A stretch of 32,000 nt of DNA. Source: Candidatus Harpocratesius repetitus (lineage in GTDB: Archaea; Asgardarchaeota; Lokiarchaeia; Sigyniarchaeales; Promethearchaeaceae). Where the stretch lies: assembly GCA_021498095.1 (NCBI GenBank), contig JAIZWK010000001.1:810001-842000 (forward strand). The letters run 5' to 3'. The position numbers and the translations under genes were made by a program. Positions 7,992-17,548 of the stretch are shown here, in pieces. The first letter of the stretch is position 1. Each line of letters starts with the position of its first letter. Below the pieces are notes generated by a model. That model was not told the origin of the DNA. It saw only the letters and a program-made list of their open reading frames with translations, and made no database searches.

Positions 7992-10022
7992 TTAATCTTC
8001 TTCAATTTCAACTTCATCAAAAACCTCATCTTTTTCAATTTCTTCTAAGAATTGGGAAGGTCCATTAAGCTGATCTCGATCAAATCTACGTACTATTTCA
8101 GGATAGGTAAGATAAAGAACATCCTTAGCTCGGGTGCAAGCAACATAGAATAACCTGCGTTCTTCTTCGATTTCTTGAGGATCCCCTATAGATCGAGATG
8201 AAGGCATCCTACCATCAACTAAATTAATAACATAAACTACTTTCCATTCTAATCCTTTAGCTTGATGAATTGTAGAGAGAATTAAGGGTTTTTCATCTTC
8301 TATTTTATCCCCTTGAATAATCGTTTCTGCTTGTAAATTATATTGGGTGAGAATATCTGCTAAAAATTCTCGAACAGAATGATACTTTGCAGCAAAATTT
8401 TGCAATTCTTTCAAATCTGCCAATCTATCTTCAAAATTCTTAACGTATCGAGAAGGAAATATTGGTTCAAGATAATCTGTTATCTTTTTAATGATCTCTG
8501 GTAAAGAAAGCCATTGATCTTCTGGAAGTGGTTCTTTCAAATTATTTTGAAAGGCTAATTTTCGATAAAACCTCTGCAATTTTTGAAGATTTTCCAATCC
8601 TATTTTTCGTAGACGTTTACCCCGCATTTCGATTTCTAAATTACAGAATACAAACCCATTTAGTAGATTTGGACGTTTTGATAATTGTGTGATGATTTTT
8701 TGCGCACCATTATCCGAAACCCCTTCGTGCATTGAAAGTACTCTAATCCATTGAATTGTATCTGTTGGATTGGCTAAAATGCTAAGGAAAGCAATTAAAT
8801 CTTTAATATGGGCTTGTTCAAAAAATCTCACTCCTGCACGCATTTCATAGGGAATTTTTTGTCTGACCAATTCTTGTTCCAGCTCAATTGCATGAAATCT
8901 GGCACGAAAAAGTACCGCTTGTTCGTGTAATGGGATATTTTCATCACGATGAAATAAAATCTGTTGGCAAATCAATTGAGCTTCTTGTTCTAAAGAATAG
9001 CATGGAACCATCATTGGGCGCTCTTTACTTTCACGAATCGCTCTTAGTGTTTTTGAAAATCCAATTTTGTTTTTAGAAATGCTAGCATTTGCAAGAGCTA
9101 ATATTTCTGGTGTGCTCCTATAATTCGTCTCTAATTTATATATTTGACAATTTGGAAAAATTGAAGGGAAATCCAGCATATGTTCATAATTTCCTCCACG
9201 GAAGCGATAAATCGATTGTGCATCATCTCCTACTACAGTCACCGATTTAGCATGTTTACCTAGTTCGATTACGATTTTAGCTTGGATAGCATTAACATCT
9301 TGATATTCATCTACCAATACATGATGAATTGAATCCCTATATGTTTGGGAAATTGAGTCATTTCGAAGAAACTTAAGGTAGTTCACCAAAAGATCATCAA
9401 AATCCATTACATTATTGGATTTCTTTTGTTTTTTAAAAACTTCTATAGTTTCAGCAATTTCTTTTCCTAAATCTTCATAAGAAGGATAATACTCTGATAA
9501 AACATCTTTCAAAGATTTCCCTAAATTAATTGTTTTGGAAGCTATATCCAAAATTTGAGGTGATTTAGGAAAACGACGGCGTTCCTTTTCATTAAACCGG
9601 TTTGCTACAATTAATTTCATAAACTGTTTTTGATCACCAGGATCTAAGATCGTAAAATTTGGAGAATAGCCCATCTGTGATGCATATTTTCGAAGAGCCA
9701 AGTTAGCAATATGATGAAATGTCCCTGCTTTTAACCCATGGATTTCTTTTCCCACTAACCTTTGCACTCGACTTATCATTTCTTGAGCGGCTTTTTTTGT
9801 GAATGTAACTAAAAGAATTGCATCTGCAGGAACATGTTGGTTAATTAAATACGCAACTCTATATGTTAACATACGTGTTTTTCCAGAACCGGCTCCGGCA
9901 ATAACTAAAGCAGGTCCTTTTGAGTGTATAACTGCTTGAAGTTGTTCTGAATTTAATTCCTTTTGGAATTTTGGGGGAATTTCTAGTGGTTTACTCTTCA
10001 GTTTGATTACTTTTTTTGCCAT
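7992..10022 (-). CDS. UvrD/Rep/PcrA superfamily 1 DNA helicase
   Basis: AGAGSGKT (Walker A), VDEYQD (Walker B), VGDDAQSIYRFRG, LETNYRS, STIHQAKGLEW, EEERRLFYVACTRAK. Confidence 0.95.
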   Translation of the reverse strand: MAKKVIKLKSKPLEIPPKFQKELNSEQLQAVIHSKGPALVIAGAGSGKTRMLTYRVAYLINQHVPADAILLVTFTKKAAQEMISRVQRLVGKEIHGLKAGTFHHIANLALRKYASQMGYSPNFTILDPGDQKQFMKLIVANRFNEKERRRFPKSPQILDIASKTINLGKSLKDVLSEYYPSYEDLGKEIAETIEVFKKQKKSNNVMDFDDLLVNYLKFLRNDSISQTYRDSIHHVLVDEYQDVNAIQAKIVIELGKHAKSVTVVGDDAQSIYRFRGGNYEHMLDFPSIFPNCQIYKLETNYRSTPEILALANASISKNKIGFSKTLRAIRESKERPMMVPCYSLEQEAQLICQQILFHRDENIPLHEQAVLFRARFHAIELEQELVRQKIPYEMRAGVRFFEQAHIKDLIAFLSILANPTDTIQWIRVLSMHEGVSDNGAQKIITQLSKRPNLLNGFVFCNLEIEMRGKRLRKIGLENLQKLQRFYRKLAFQNNLKEPLPEDQWLSLPEIIKKITDYLEPIFPSRYVKNFEDRLADLKELQNFAAKYHSVREFLADILTQYNLQAETIIQGDKIEDEKPLILSTIHQAKGLEWKVVYVINLVDGRMPSSRSIGDPQEIEEERRLFYVACTRAKDVLYLTYPEIVRRFDRDQLNGPSQFLEEIEKDEVFDEVEIEED

Positions 10023-10207
10023 AAAATTGTTCACTTGTTCACTTTGTTCAGTTGTTCCTTTTTTTTGAATTGCAAAAGATTATCTTTATCACAATTTTTT
10101 CCTTTAAAAAAATTCCCCGCATTGTGATCTTATTATTTTTTGGCGAAATTTATGGAGAAAATTATCATTAATATAAATAATATAAGAACTTGATATTTGT
10201 AGTAAAT

Positions 10208-11500
10208 TTAAAAATGATAATAAAGAATTCGTTTTAAATCGTTGAGAAATTCATCAATGTGAGCTTGATTTACATGCGGCATACTTACAAAGCGTAGTAA
10301 TCCTCTATTTTCAAAAAAACCTAGATACCAATCATGTTCTCGCAGAATTTGATTTAATTTTTTAATTTTCTTAGAAGATCTTATATTATTCTCGTTAGAA
10401 AATTGGATACCTAATACATTTGTTTCAGGAGAACACACAGTACTTAATTGAGGTAATTTCTGGATTTGATCTTCCAAATATTTAGTCAAATCCCATGCTT
10501 GCTGAACAATTTCCAAAAATCCTTCAAAACCAAGCAAATGGATAAGACCCCAAAATGAGATGGCTGGTGCTCCTGGACGTGTGCCTAAAATATTAAAGGT
10601 TCTAAAACCTCCTCCTGCTAAGTAAGGAATTTTAAATCCATTTTCCTTTTTAACCTTAGAATTATCATCATCACCATCTTTTACTAAAAAAATTCCAGAT
10701 GGATTGACATTCATACCCATTTTATGTGGATCTACGCTGATTGTATTGATGTAAGGAGATCTAAAATCATAAATTGGAAATTGATGTCCTAACTTTTCTA
10801 AAAATGGAAGCACAAAACCTCCAAAAGCTCCATCTATATGAAGAAATTTATGATATTTACGGGCTAATTCGGCTATTTTATCGGTGGGATCTACTAAACC
10901 TAAAGCACTTGTTCCAGCAATACCCACCAAAGCGATGGTACTATCATTTATTAAGCTTTGATATTCGTGCATATCAGGATGGAAATCATCTTTTAAATGT
11001 GCAAAGCGTAATTCGATATTCATAAGTCGAGCAATCTTTTCAAAACTATAATGAGCTGCTTCAGATAAGACTATATTGGGATGAGAAATCTCCGGTTGAA
11101 GGGATTTCGCTAAATAAATTGCAATAATGTTGGATTCGGTTCCACCTGAAGTCATATTTCCTTTTATTGCATCAGTATGTGATGCTCCAAGTAAGGAACC
11201 CATCATTTGAACCAATTTTGCTTCAATTTTTGCCGTCCCTGGGTTTAAACCACGATCACCCAAGTTTTTCTCCATATATTCAGAATACAGTTTTGCAGCA
11301 AAAAAATGCGGTTGGGTTGACATAGCACCAAGAACTCGCCCCGACTTATATGAAACATCATTTAGGACATCATTTCTCAACATATTATTAATTAATTCGG
11401 GGTTTGAACCATATTTAGGAAAAGTAGAAATAGTAAGTGTATTAAGAGAAAAGAGGTTTTCAAAATCGATGTTAGTTTTGCTTCGTTGACTTAATTCCAT
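10208..11500 (-). CDS. mfnA: Group II PLP-dependent decarboxylase, MfnA-like (tyrosine/aspartate decarboxylase)
   Basis: SGGTESN, HIDGAFGG, SVDPHKMG (PLP lysine) and GTRPG motifs; substrate assignment is an inference. Confidence 0.8.
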   Translation of the reverse strand: MELSQRSKTNIDFENLFSLNTLTISTFPKYGSNPELINNMLRNDVLNDVSYKSGRVLGAMSTQPHFFAAKLYSEYMEKNLGDRGLNPGTAKIEAKLVQMMGSLLGASHTDAIKGNMTSGGTESNIIAIYLAKSLQPEISHPNIVLSEAAHYSFEKIARLMNIELRFAHLKDDFHPDMHEYQSLINDSTIALVGIAGTSALGLVDPTDKIAELARKYHKFLHIDGAFGGFVLPFLEKLGHQFPIYDFRSPYINTISVDPHKMGMNVNPSGIFLVKDGDDDNSKVKKENGFKIPYLAGGGFRTFNILGTRPGAPAISFWGLIHLLGFEGFLEIVQQAWDLTKYLEDQIQKLPQLSTVCSPETNVLGIQFSNENNIRSSKKIKKLNQILREHDWYLGFFENRGLLRFVSMPHVNQAHIDEFLNDLKRILYYHF

Positions 11501-11710
11501 TCTATAATCCTCTATTCTCTATCCATCCTACCCATTTTTGTCAATGACATATATAAATCTTTGATTTCATGCCATATTCTCAAAGGGAACGATTTTTCAC
11601 TCCTTATCCTACCCTCAAATTCAAAACAAGCCTTAAAACTTTAGAAAGATCTAGTATAAACTATTTTATTCGAGACAATTTACACTTTAATCACTTGATG
11701 ACTAATATGT

Positions 11711-11728
11711 GAAAAGTTTTTATATATA
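11711..11728 (+). promoter_or_regulatory. Candidate archaeal BRE + TATA box for the thiS/moaD-mbf1-hflX genes
   Basis: GAAAAG followed by TTTTTATATATA, about 100 bp upstream of the ATG. AT-rich background limits confidence. Confidence 0.4.
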
Positions 11729-11830
11729 ATACCTATTTGTAAACAATCGTAATATTTTTATAAGTGGTTCGTGTGAGGTAAGATGTTAGAAAACAATATT
11801 GTCGAATAAAAATGGAGGTTAAATTGATTT

Positions 11831-12037
11831 ATGCAAGAATTAGAAAAAATTAATGAATTTTCTGGCATCCTCACCTTTGTTTCTCATCAAACTCACACCA
11901 TTTCTGAGATTCTTTCCCGATTAAATTTAGAAGAAAAGCATTTTGCTATCTTAGTTAATGGACACAAAGTAGATTTGAATACAATTGTTAAAGATGATGA
12001 TGAAATCACTGTGTTACCTAAAATTGCAGGAGGATAA
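11831..12037 (+). CDS. ThiS/MoaD/SAMP-family ubiquitin-like beta-grasp protein
   Basis: 68 aa; AILVNG...VKDDDEITVLPKIAGG with C-terminal di-glycine; GGAGGT ribosome-binding site at 11814-11819. Confidence 0.9.
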   Translation: MQELEKINEFSGILTFVSHQTHTISEILSRLNLEEKHFAILVNGHKVDLNTIVKDDDEITVLPKIAGG

Positions 12038-12193
12038 GTATACCATTAATTTATTTTAAGAAATATCCAAAAAAGTTTTCATTTATTGAGATCACCGTCT
12101 TTTCATATCTTAATTAATTTTATTTTTTGTGCTTCATTTTGATTAATGGAAAAAAAAATTTTATTTAATATTTTAGTTCGAGAGCGTTTAATT

Positions 12194-12799
12194 ATGGGAC
12201 CAAGAAAAGAATGCGAGTTGTGCGGACGAGAAACATACTCATTAGTACGACGTGAAATTGAAGGAGTTATTATGTATGTATGCCCTGATTGTAAAGAATA
12301 TGGTGTCGAACCAAAAGCTGATCGCCTAGCTCGAGCAAAACAAATCCGAAGAAACCGTAATACAAAAAAATTTCAATCAATTTACAAATCTGGCACTAGT
12401 TCTGGTGTAGGTTCTGGATCCAAGGTACGCTCTCAACACTCATCGCAAACATCTATATCACGTAAAAGAAATCCTAAGATCGCAAATTTAAAAGTTGTGG
12501 ATAATGCTCCAGAAATATTATTAAAATGCCGCACCAAATTAGGGCTTTCTGCAAAAGATTTCGCGCATTCTGTCCTTGTAAAAGATAATTATTATAAAAG
12601 AATAGAAAAAAAAACCACTCCATTACCTATTGATATTGCTCGTAAATTTGAAAAAAAATACCGACTAAAACTTGTTGAAGAAGAAGATGCTGGGGATGAA
12701 GAAGAGATCTTATCTAAATTTATGGCGCCTAGATCAAAATCGGCAGATTCAGTCATCTATTTTCGTAAACGTGGGGAAAAACCGGAATATGACCAGTAA
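12194..12799 (+). CDS. mbf1: Archaeal multiprotein bridging factor 1 (Zn ribbon + HTH)
   Basis: CELCG...EGVIMYVCPDCKEYG N-terminal Zn ribbon; Cro-type HTH (LGLSAKDFAHSV...YYKRIE...ARKFEKKYRLKL). Confidence 0.9.
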   Translation: MGPRKECELCGRETYSLVRREIEGVIMYVCPDCKEYGVEPKADRLARAKQIRRNRNTKKFQSIYKSGTSSGVGSGSKVRSQHSSQTSISRKRNPKIANLKVVDNAPEILLKCRTKLGLSAKDFAHSVLVKDNYYKRIEKKTTPLPIDIARKFEKKYRLKLVEEEDAGDEEEILSKFMAPRSKSADSVIYFRKRGEKPEYDQ

Positions 12800-12845
12800 T
12801 CTCCATAAATATTGAATTTGATCACCTTCTAGGGTTCGTTTTATT

Positions 12846-14276
12846 GTGAAGAAATATGCAGTAATTATCCAAGTGTTCCATCCAAATTTACATCAATACT
12901 CATTTGCTGAAATGGAAGGCTTGGTGGAAAGTGCGGAGTACACCATCTGTGGGCAAGTGACCCAAATATTGAATAGAATCAACCCCACCTATTTTATTGG
13001 AAAGGGAAAATTCAAGCAATTACAGAAGTTTCTGGATGGATATTTTGATACTAATGATCATGTGACTAGATTGGTAAATTCTGCTAAAAATGAGAAAAAT
13101 TCACACGATTTCGATTTTGAGACCGATTTTGAGACCGATTTTGAGACCGATTTTGATAATGATCTTGAAATGAATTATGATACAAATTTACAATCTGATT
13201 TTGGACATTCTTCTGATGAGGGAGTCGATGGAATTTTAGTATTTGATGATAACTTGACTAATAATGATATAGATAGTGTAGAATCTAAAATTAAAGATTC
13301 TGAAGAGAATGCAAAAATAGATTCCATTGATTTTCCACCTTCACTTTCTCATCGATCTGAACTGACACTAATCTTTAACAATCGGTTAAGTTATTCACAA
13401 ATCTCTACATTATCCAAAGAGCTCGGAGTAATCGTCAAAGACAGGGATGATGTAATTCTTGAAATTTTTGAATTGAATGCCCGTACTCGAGAAAGTAAAC
13501 TCCAAATTGAATTAGCTCGTATGGCTCTTCAAACTAATATCATTAAAAAAGAATTTGGAATGCACCTTAATGAAAAACAAGGTCGTGACTTCATGGGGAA
13601 GGGATTACGTGGTTGGGAACCTCAATTACGTGCTTTTCGCCAGCGTAAAAAGAAAATTCAAAAAGAATTAAAAAAAATCTCGCATCAAAGATCTCTTCGT
13701 AGAAAAAACAGAAGTAAATTGTTTAATATTGGTGTAGTCGGATATACTAATGCAGGTAAATCCACACTAATGAATACATTGGCTAAAACTCATCTAGAAA
13801 CCGCAAATCATGAGTTTACAACAATTTCACCAGTAAGTCGTAAAGTAACCATTCCTCATTTTGATAATTACGGGCGATGGGCTGGTGATGAAGTAATTCT
13901 TACTGATTCTGTTGGATTTATAATGGATATGTCTCCTGTTCTTATTGATGCTTTCTTAAGCACATTGGAGGAACTCCAATTCTCCGATTTACTCTTAATT
14001 TTGGTGGATTGTTCAGATTCTATGGTAGATATTAATCAAAAAATTCAAACAACCCTTTCTATTCTACAGAGAATTAATATCGATGATCTTCCGCGCTTCT
14101 TTTTGTTAAATAAAATTGATCTATTAACGTCAGATGATCTAAAGGAACGAATTCAACATCTTAAGCTCCTTTATCCTCAAGAACATTGGTTTTCTATTTC
14201 TGCACAGAATAAATCAACTTTGGAAAATGTAATTACCGAAATACGAAATTATAAAAGAATGCATTTTCATCAATAA
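12846..14276 (+). CDS. hflX: Ribosome-associated GTPase HflX with an acidic insertion in the N-domain
   Basis: YFIGKGK, ILEIFELNARTRESKLQIELA, G1 GYTNAGKST, G3 DSVG, G4 NKID; GTG start. Confidence 0.93.
   Translation: MKKYAVIIQVFHPNLHQYSFAEMEGLVESAEYTICGQVTQILNRINPTYFIGKGKFKQLQKFLDGYFDTNDHVTRLVNSAKNEKNSHDFDFETDFETDFETDFDNDLEMNYDTNLQSDFGHSSDEGVDGILVFDDNLTNNDIDSVESKIKDSEENAKIDSIDFPPSLSHRSELTLIFNNRLSYSQISTLSKELGVIVKDRDDVILEIFELNARTRESKLQIELARMALQTNIIKKEFGMHLNEKQGRDFMGKGLRGWEPQLRAFRQRKKKIQKELKKISHQRSLRRKNRSKLFNIGVVGYTNAGKSTLMNTLAKTHLETANHEFTTISPVSRKVTIPHFDNYGRWAGDEVILTDSVGFIMDMSPVLIDAFLSTLEELQFSDLLLILVDCSDSMVDINQKIQTTLSILQRINIDDLPRFFLLNKIDLLTSDDLKERIQHLKLLYPQEHWFSISAQNKSTLENVITEIRNYKRMHFHQ
13113..13156 (+). 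repeat. 12-bp tandem repeat (GATTTTGAGACC x3 plus a partial copy) inside hflX, encoding DFET repeats
   Basis: Read directly from the sequence. Confidence 0.95.
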
Positions 14277-14454
14277 TTACTGTATTTCTCTCTATAAATC
14301 GCTGAAATCTACAAAAATTGCCTAATAACCAATCAATTGTACTACAGTAGAAGCAAAATTTTTTTTGTTATGTGATCTTTCCTATCTTGTTTCCTCTTTT
14401 TGAGGGAAGATTTTATAACACTTTTTAGAAGAGAAAATCTCTTTTTTTTGCAAA

Positions 14455-14537
14455 GCGGCGGTAATCAAGTGGTTAAGATGCTGGACTGCTAATCCAGTGC
14501 CTTTACAGGCGCGAGGGTTCAAATCCCTCCCGCCGCG
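14455..14537 (+). tRNA. tRNA-Ser (anticodon GCT), CCA not encoded
   Basis: Acceptor stem GCGGCGG/CCGCCGC; anticodon arm CTGGA-CT-GCT-AA-TCCAG; long variable arm; T arm GAGGG-TTCAAAT-CCCTC; discriminator G. Confidence 0.97.
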
Positions 14538-14866
14538 TTTACTCTAAATAATAATTCTTGATGACTTTATCTCTGATAATGATATTTTTAATTATTTCTA
14601 AGTACTAATTATTGAATTTTTATCTCTCAAATTAAGAGATCAAATAACAAAGATAAAGTCCGTCAGAAGTCATTTTTTTACGATTTAACTTTTCGGCATC
14701 TTTTAATGAAAGTATTCATATTGAACATTGGAATCGTAATCTGTTGAATTCTGATGTGAATCTTGGATTCATACAGTGAAATAATACGCTTGAATACCTT
14801 GGGAGAAAAATATTGATATTTTTATATCTCAAGGAAAAGAAAATCAAACGAAATGGAGAGATATAC

Positions 14867-16108
14867 ATGGTACAACCTTTAAAACTAGATAAATCGAATG
14901 CACTCTATAAGGAAGCTCTTGGATTAATTCCTGGTGCGATATTAGGAATTAGAAGACCATATAATTTTGTTGAAGGAGAATATCCAATATTTTTTGAACG
15001 TGCTAAAGGCGTAAAAGTCTATGACGTTGATGGAAATGAATATATTGATTATCTATGTGCCTATGGACCTATAATAATTGGACATAGGGAAAATGAAATT
15101 GATGAAGCAGTTATCACTCAAATTCAAGAAAATGGATTTTGTATGTCTTTGACTCAACCCGTTCAAAATAAACTAGCAAAGAAATTACAAACGCTAATTC
15201 CCTCTTGTGAAAAATGCGTTTTTGTTAAAACAGGTTCTGATGCTACAACTACTGCTATTCGTATTGCTCGTGGATATACAAACCGAACTAAAATTCTACG
15301 ATGTGGCTATCATGGATGGCATGATTGGTGTGTTGAAGTTAAAGGTGGAATTCCGGAGAAATTATATGAAGATGTTTTTGAATTTGAATATAATAATTTA
15401 GAACAGTTAGAAAACTTAATGAAAATTCATGGATCGGAAGTAGCCGCTATAATAATTACTCCTGTGGGTCATCCTTTAGGACATAAAGTCCAAATGCCAC
15501 AATCTGGATATTTAGAAGCGGTGAAGAAATTAGCCCATGAATATGGTGCAGTTTTGGTATTTGATGAAATTCGCAGTGGATTTCGGGTAAATCTAGGAGG
15601 TGCGCAGAAAGAATTTGGAGTGACTCCCGATTTAGCAGTCTTTGGAAAAGCTATTGCAAACGGTTATGCGATTTCTGTGGTTGTAGGAAAAGCAGAAATT
15701 ATGGATGTGTTAGAACACGACGTCTTTTTAAGTTCAACATTCTTTCCAAATAGTCTCGCTCAAGTAGCTGCCCTAAAAACTATTGAAATAATGGAGAGAG
15801 ATGATGTTTTGGGCGTGATCCGGCGCAAAGGGACTGATTTTGGAAAAGGTATACAGGATATTATTGAAGATGTTGGTGTTCCATGTGAATTTTCAGGTGG
15901 TCCATGGATGCCTTTTATTACATTTAAACATGACCCCGAGAAAAAATATAAAACGCTACGTCCTGCCTTCTATACGAGTTTGATTCGCAGGAAAGTATTC
16001 TTGCAGCCGTATCACCATGGATATATTGCTTTCCGCCATTCTGAAGAAGATCTCGCCTATACTCTGGAAGCAATTAGAGAAAGTTTGAAAGAAATAAAGA
16101 ATCTCTAA
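14867..16108 (+). CDS. kat: Class-III PLP aminotransferase (GSA-aminomutase-like); probable 3-aminobutyryl-CoA aminotransferase
   Basis: DVDGNEYIDY, GYHGWHDW, FDEIRSG and FGKAIANG motifs; GGAGAG RBS. The Kat assignment rests on adjacency to kce and absence of kal (inference). Confidence 0.7.
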   Translation: MVQPLKLDKSNALYKEALGLIPGAILGIRRPYNFVEGEYPIFFERAKGVKVYDVDGNEYIDYLCAYGPIIIGHRENEIDEAVITQIQENGFCMSLTQPVQNKLAKKLQTLIPSCEKCVFVKTGSDATTTAIRIARGYTNRTKILRCGYHGWHDWCVEVKGGIPEKLYEDVFEFEYNNLEQLENLMKIHGSEVAAIIITPVGHPLGHKVQMPQSGYLEAVKKLAHEYGAVLVFDEIRSGFRVNLGGAQKEFGVTPDLAVFGKAIANGYAISVVVGKAEIMDVLEHDVFLSSTFFPNSLAQVAALKTIEIMERDDVLGVIRRKGTDFGKGIQDIIEDVGVPCEFSGGPWMPFITFKHDPEKKYKTLRPAFYTSLIRRKVFLQPYHHGYIAFRHSEEDLAYTLEAIRESLKEIKNL

Positions 16109-16165
16109 TAATTAATGCAATTGGGTAAAAATACAACTTGATAAAAATACAATAGTGAGAAAAAA

Positions 16166-16990
16166 ATGATGGAAAAAGTAATAATAACTGCTGCAATATG
16201 TGGGGCTGAAGTGTCTAAAGAGCATAACCCTGCAGTTCCTTATACTATTGAAGAAATTGGAAGAGAAGCGGAAAGTGCATATAAAGCAGGGGCCAGTATT
16301 ATTCATTTACATGTTCGAAATGATGATGGCACACCGACACAAGATAAGGATCGGTTTGCAGCTGCCATCGCTGAGATAAAAAAGCGCTGTCCGGATGTAA
16401 TTATTCAACCTTCGACTGGAGGTGCAGTAGGAATGACTGATTCCGAACGATTGCAACCCACAGAATTAAATCCTGAAATGGCAACTTTAGATTGCGGAAC
16501 TTGCAATTTCGGAGGCGATGATATTTTTGTTAATACTGAAAACATGATTAAGAATTTTGCAACCAGAATGAAAGAGCGCGGTATTAAACCTGAGTGCGAA
16601 GTGTTTGATAAAGGAATGATCGACATGGCACTTAGATTACATCGAAAGGGCTTTATTCCTGGACCATTACATTTCAATATGGTAATGGGTGTTAATGGGG
16701 GAATTAGTGGAACACCTAGAGATCTGTTGTTTATGGTGGAAAGTATTCCATCTGATGCAACTTTTACTGTGTGTGGCATTGGTAGGGCGGAATTTCCTAT
16801 GATAACTATGTCTCTATTGTTAGGGGGTCATGTAAGAGTTGGATTTGAAGATAATATTTATCTTGCAAAAGGAGTACTAGCAAAATCAAACGGCGAATTA
16901 GTGGCAAAAGCTGTGAGAATTGCGCGAGAATTAGGTCGAGAGATTGCTACACCTGATGAAGCACGAAATATTCTGGGATTGAAACGATAG
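16166..16990 (+). CDS. kce: 3-keto-5-aminohexanoate cleavage enzyme (BKACE family)
   Basis: IITAAICGAE, HLHVR Zn ligands, STGGA and GGHVRVGFEDN motifs; lies within the lysine cluster. Confidence 0.92.
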   Translation: MMEKVIITAAICGAEVSKEHNPAVPYTIEEIGREAESAYKAGASIIHLHVRNDDGTPTQDKDRFAAAIAEIKKRCPDVIIQPSTGGAVGMTDSERLQPTELNPEMATLDCGTCNFGGDDIFVNTENMIKNFATRMKERGIKPECEVFDKGMIDMALRLHRKGFIPGPLHFNMVMGVNGGISGTPRDLLFMVESIPSDATFTVCGIGRAEFPMITMSLLLGGHVRVGFEDNIYLAKGVLAKSNGELVAKAVRIARELGREIATPDEARNILGLKR

Positions 16991-17070
16991 AATTTGAACT
17001 AATCCAAAGAATATAGGTGTTTTTTTTTCTTATTTTATATTTTTACCATTATTTCATTACAATCTTATTA

Positions 17071-17541
17071 TTACAAGCGACGAAGACAATCCTCCTTAAG
17101 AATACTGTTGATTACTAACATATCAATGTCTTCAATCAGATGCGAATTTAGTAATTCCTGATAAACTTTATTCATAAATGTGTGTTGGTTGGGTGTGTGA
17201 GCGAAAATCACAAAATTTTTGGAACCCAATGTTGCATAAACTGCCCAAACTTCCGGAATTGATTCAAGCAATGAAGAAACTTCAACAATATAATTTGGAT
17301 GAATTTTTGCTTTTAATAAAAGACAAATATTAAATTCTTCTTGAACACCTGTAAGATTAACGTGTGCGTGATATCCTTGGATAATTCCTTCTTGCTCAAG
17401 CCGTTTAATGCGATAATTAATTGTAGATAAAGAAACTTTTACAATTTCTGCCAATTTACTTCGCGGGATTTGACAATTTTTTTGTAATTCCTTTAATAAT
17501 ATTTTATCAATATCGTCAAGAAAACTTCTTCGTTCATTCAT
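17071..17541 (-). CDS. Lrp/AsnC-family transcriptional regulator (HTH + ligand-binding domain)
   Basis: LDDIDKILLKELQKN...LAEIVKVSLSTINYRIKRLEQEGIIQGY HTH, followed by a RAM domain (IPEVWAVYATLGSKNF). Confidence 0.93.
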   Translation of the reverse strand: MNERRSFLDDIDKILLKELQKNCQIPRSKLAEIVKVSLSTINYRIKRLEQEGIIQGYHAHVNLTGVQEEFNICLLLKAKIHPNYIVEVSSLLESIPEVWAVYATLGSKNFVIFAHTPNQHTFMNKVYQELLNSHLIEDIDMLVINSILKEDCLRRL

Positions 17542-17548
17542 AATACTT

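Noticed and set aside
11812-11853. Short ORF MEVKLIYARIRKN resembling a MoaD first strand, suggesting a frameshifted longer ThiS/MoaD
   Set aside because: Its first codons are explained by the GGAGGT ribosome-binding site of the 11831 ATG, and the 68-aa ORF is already of normal size.
12194-14276. mbf1-hflX adjacency
   Set aside because: Already known as a recurring archaeal gene neighbourhood.
14538-14866. Possible lysine riboswitch upstream of the catabolic cluster
   Set aside because: The conserved L-box elements and GC-rich stems are not recognisable.
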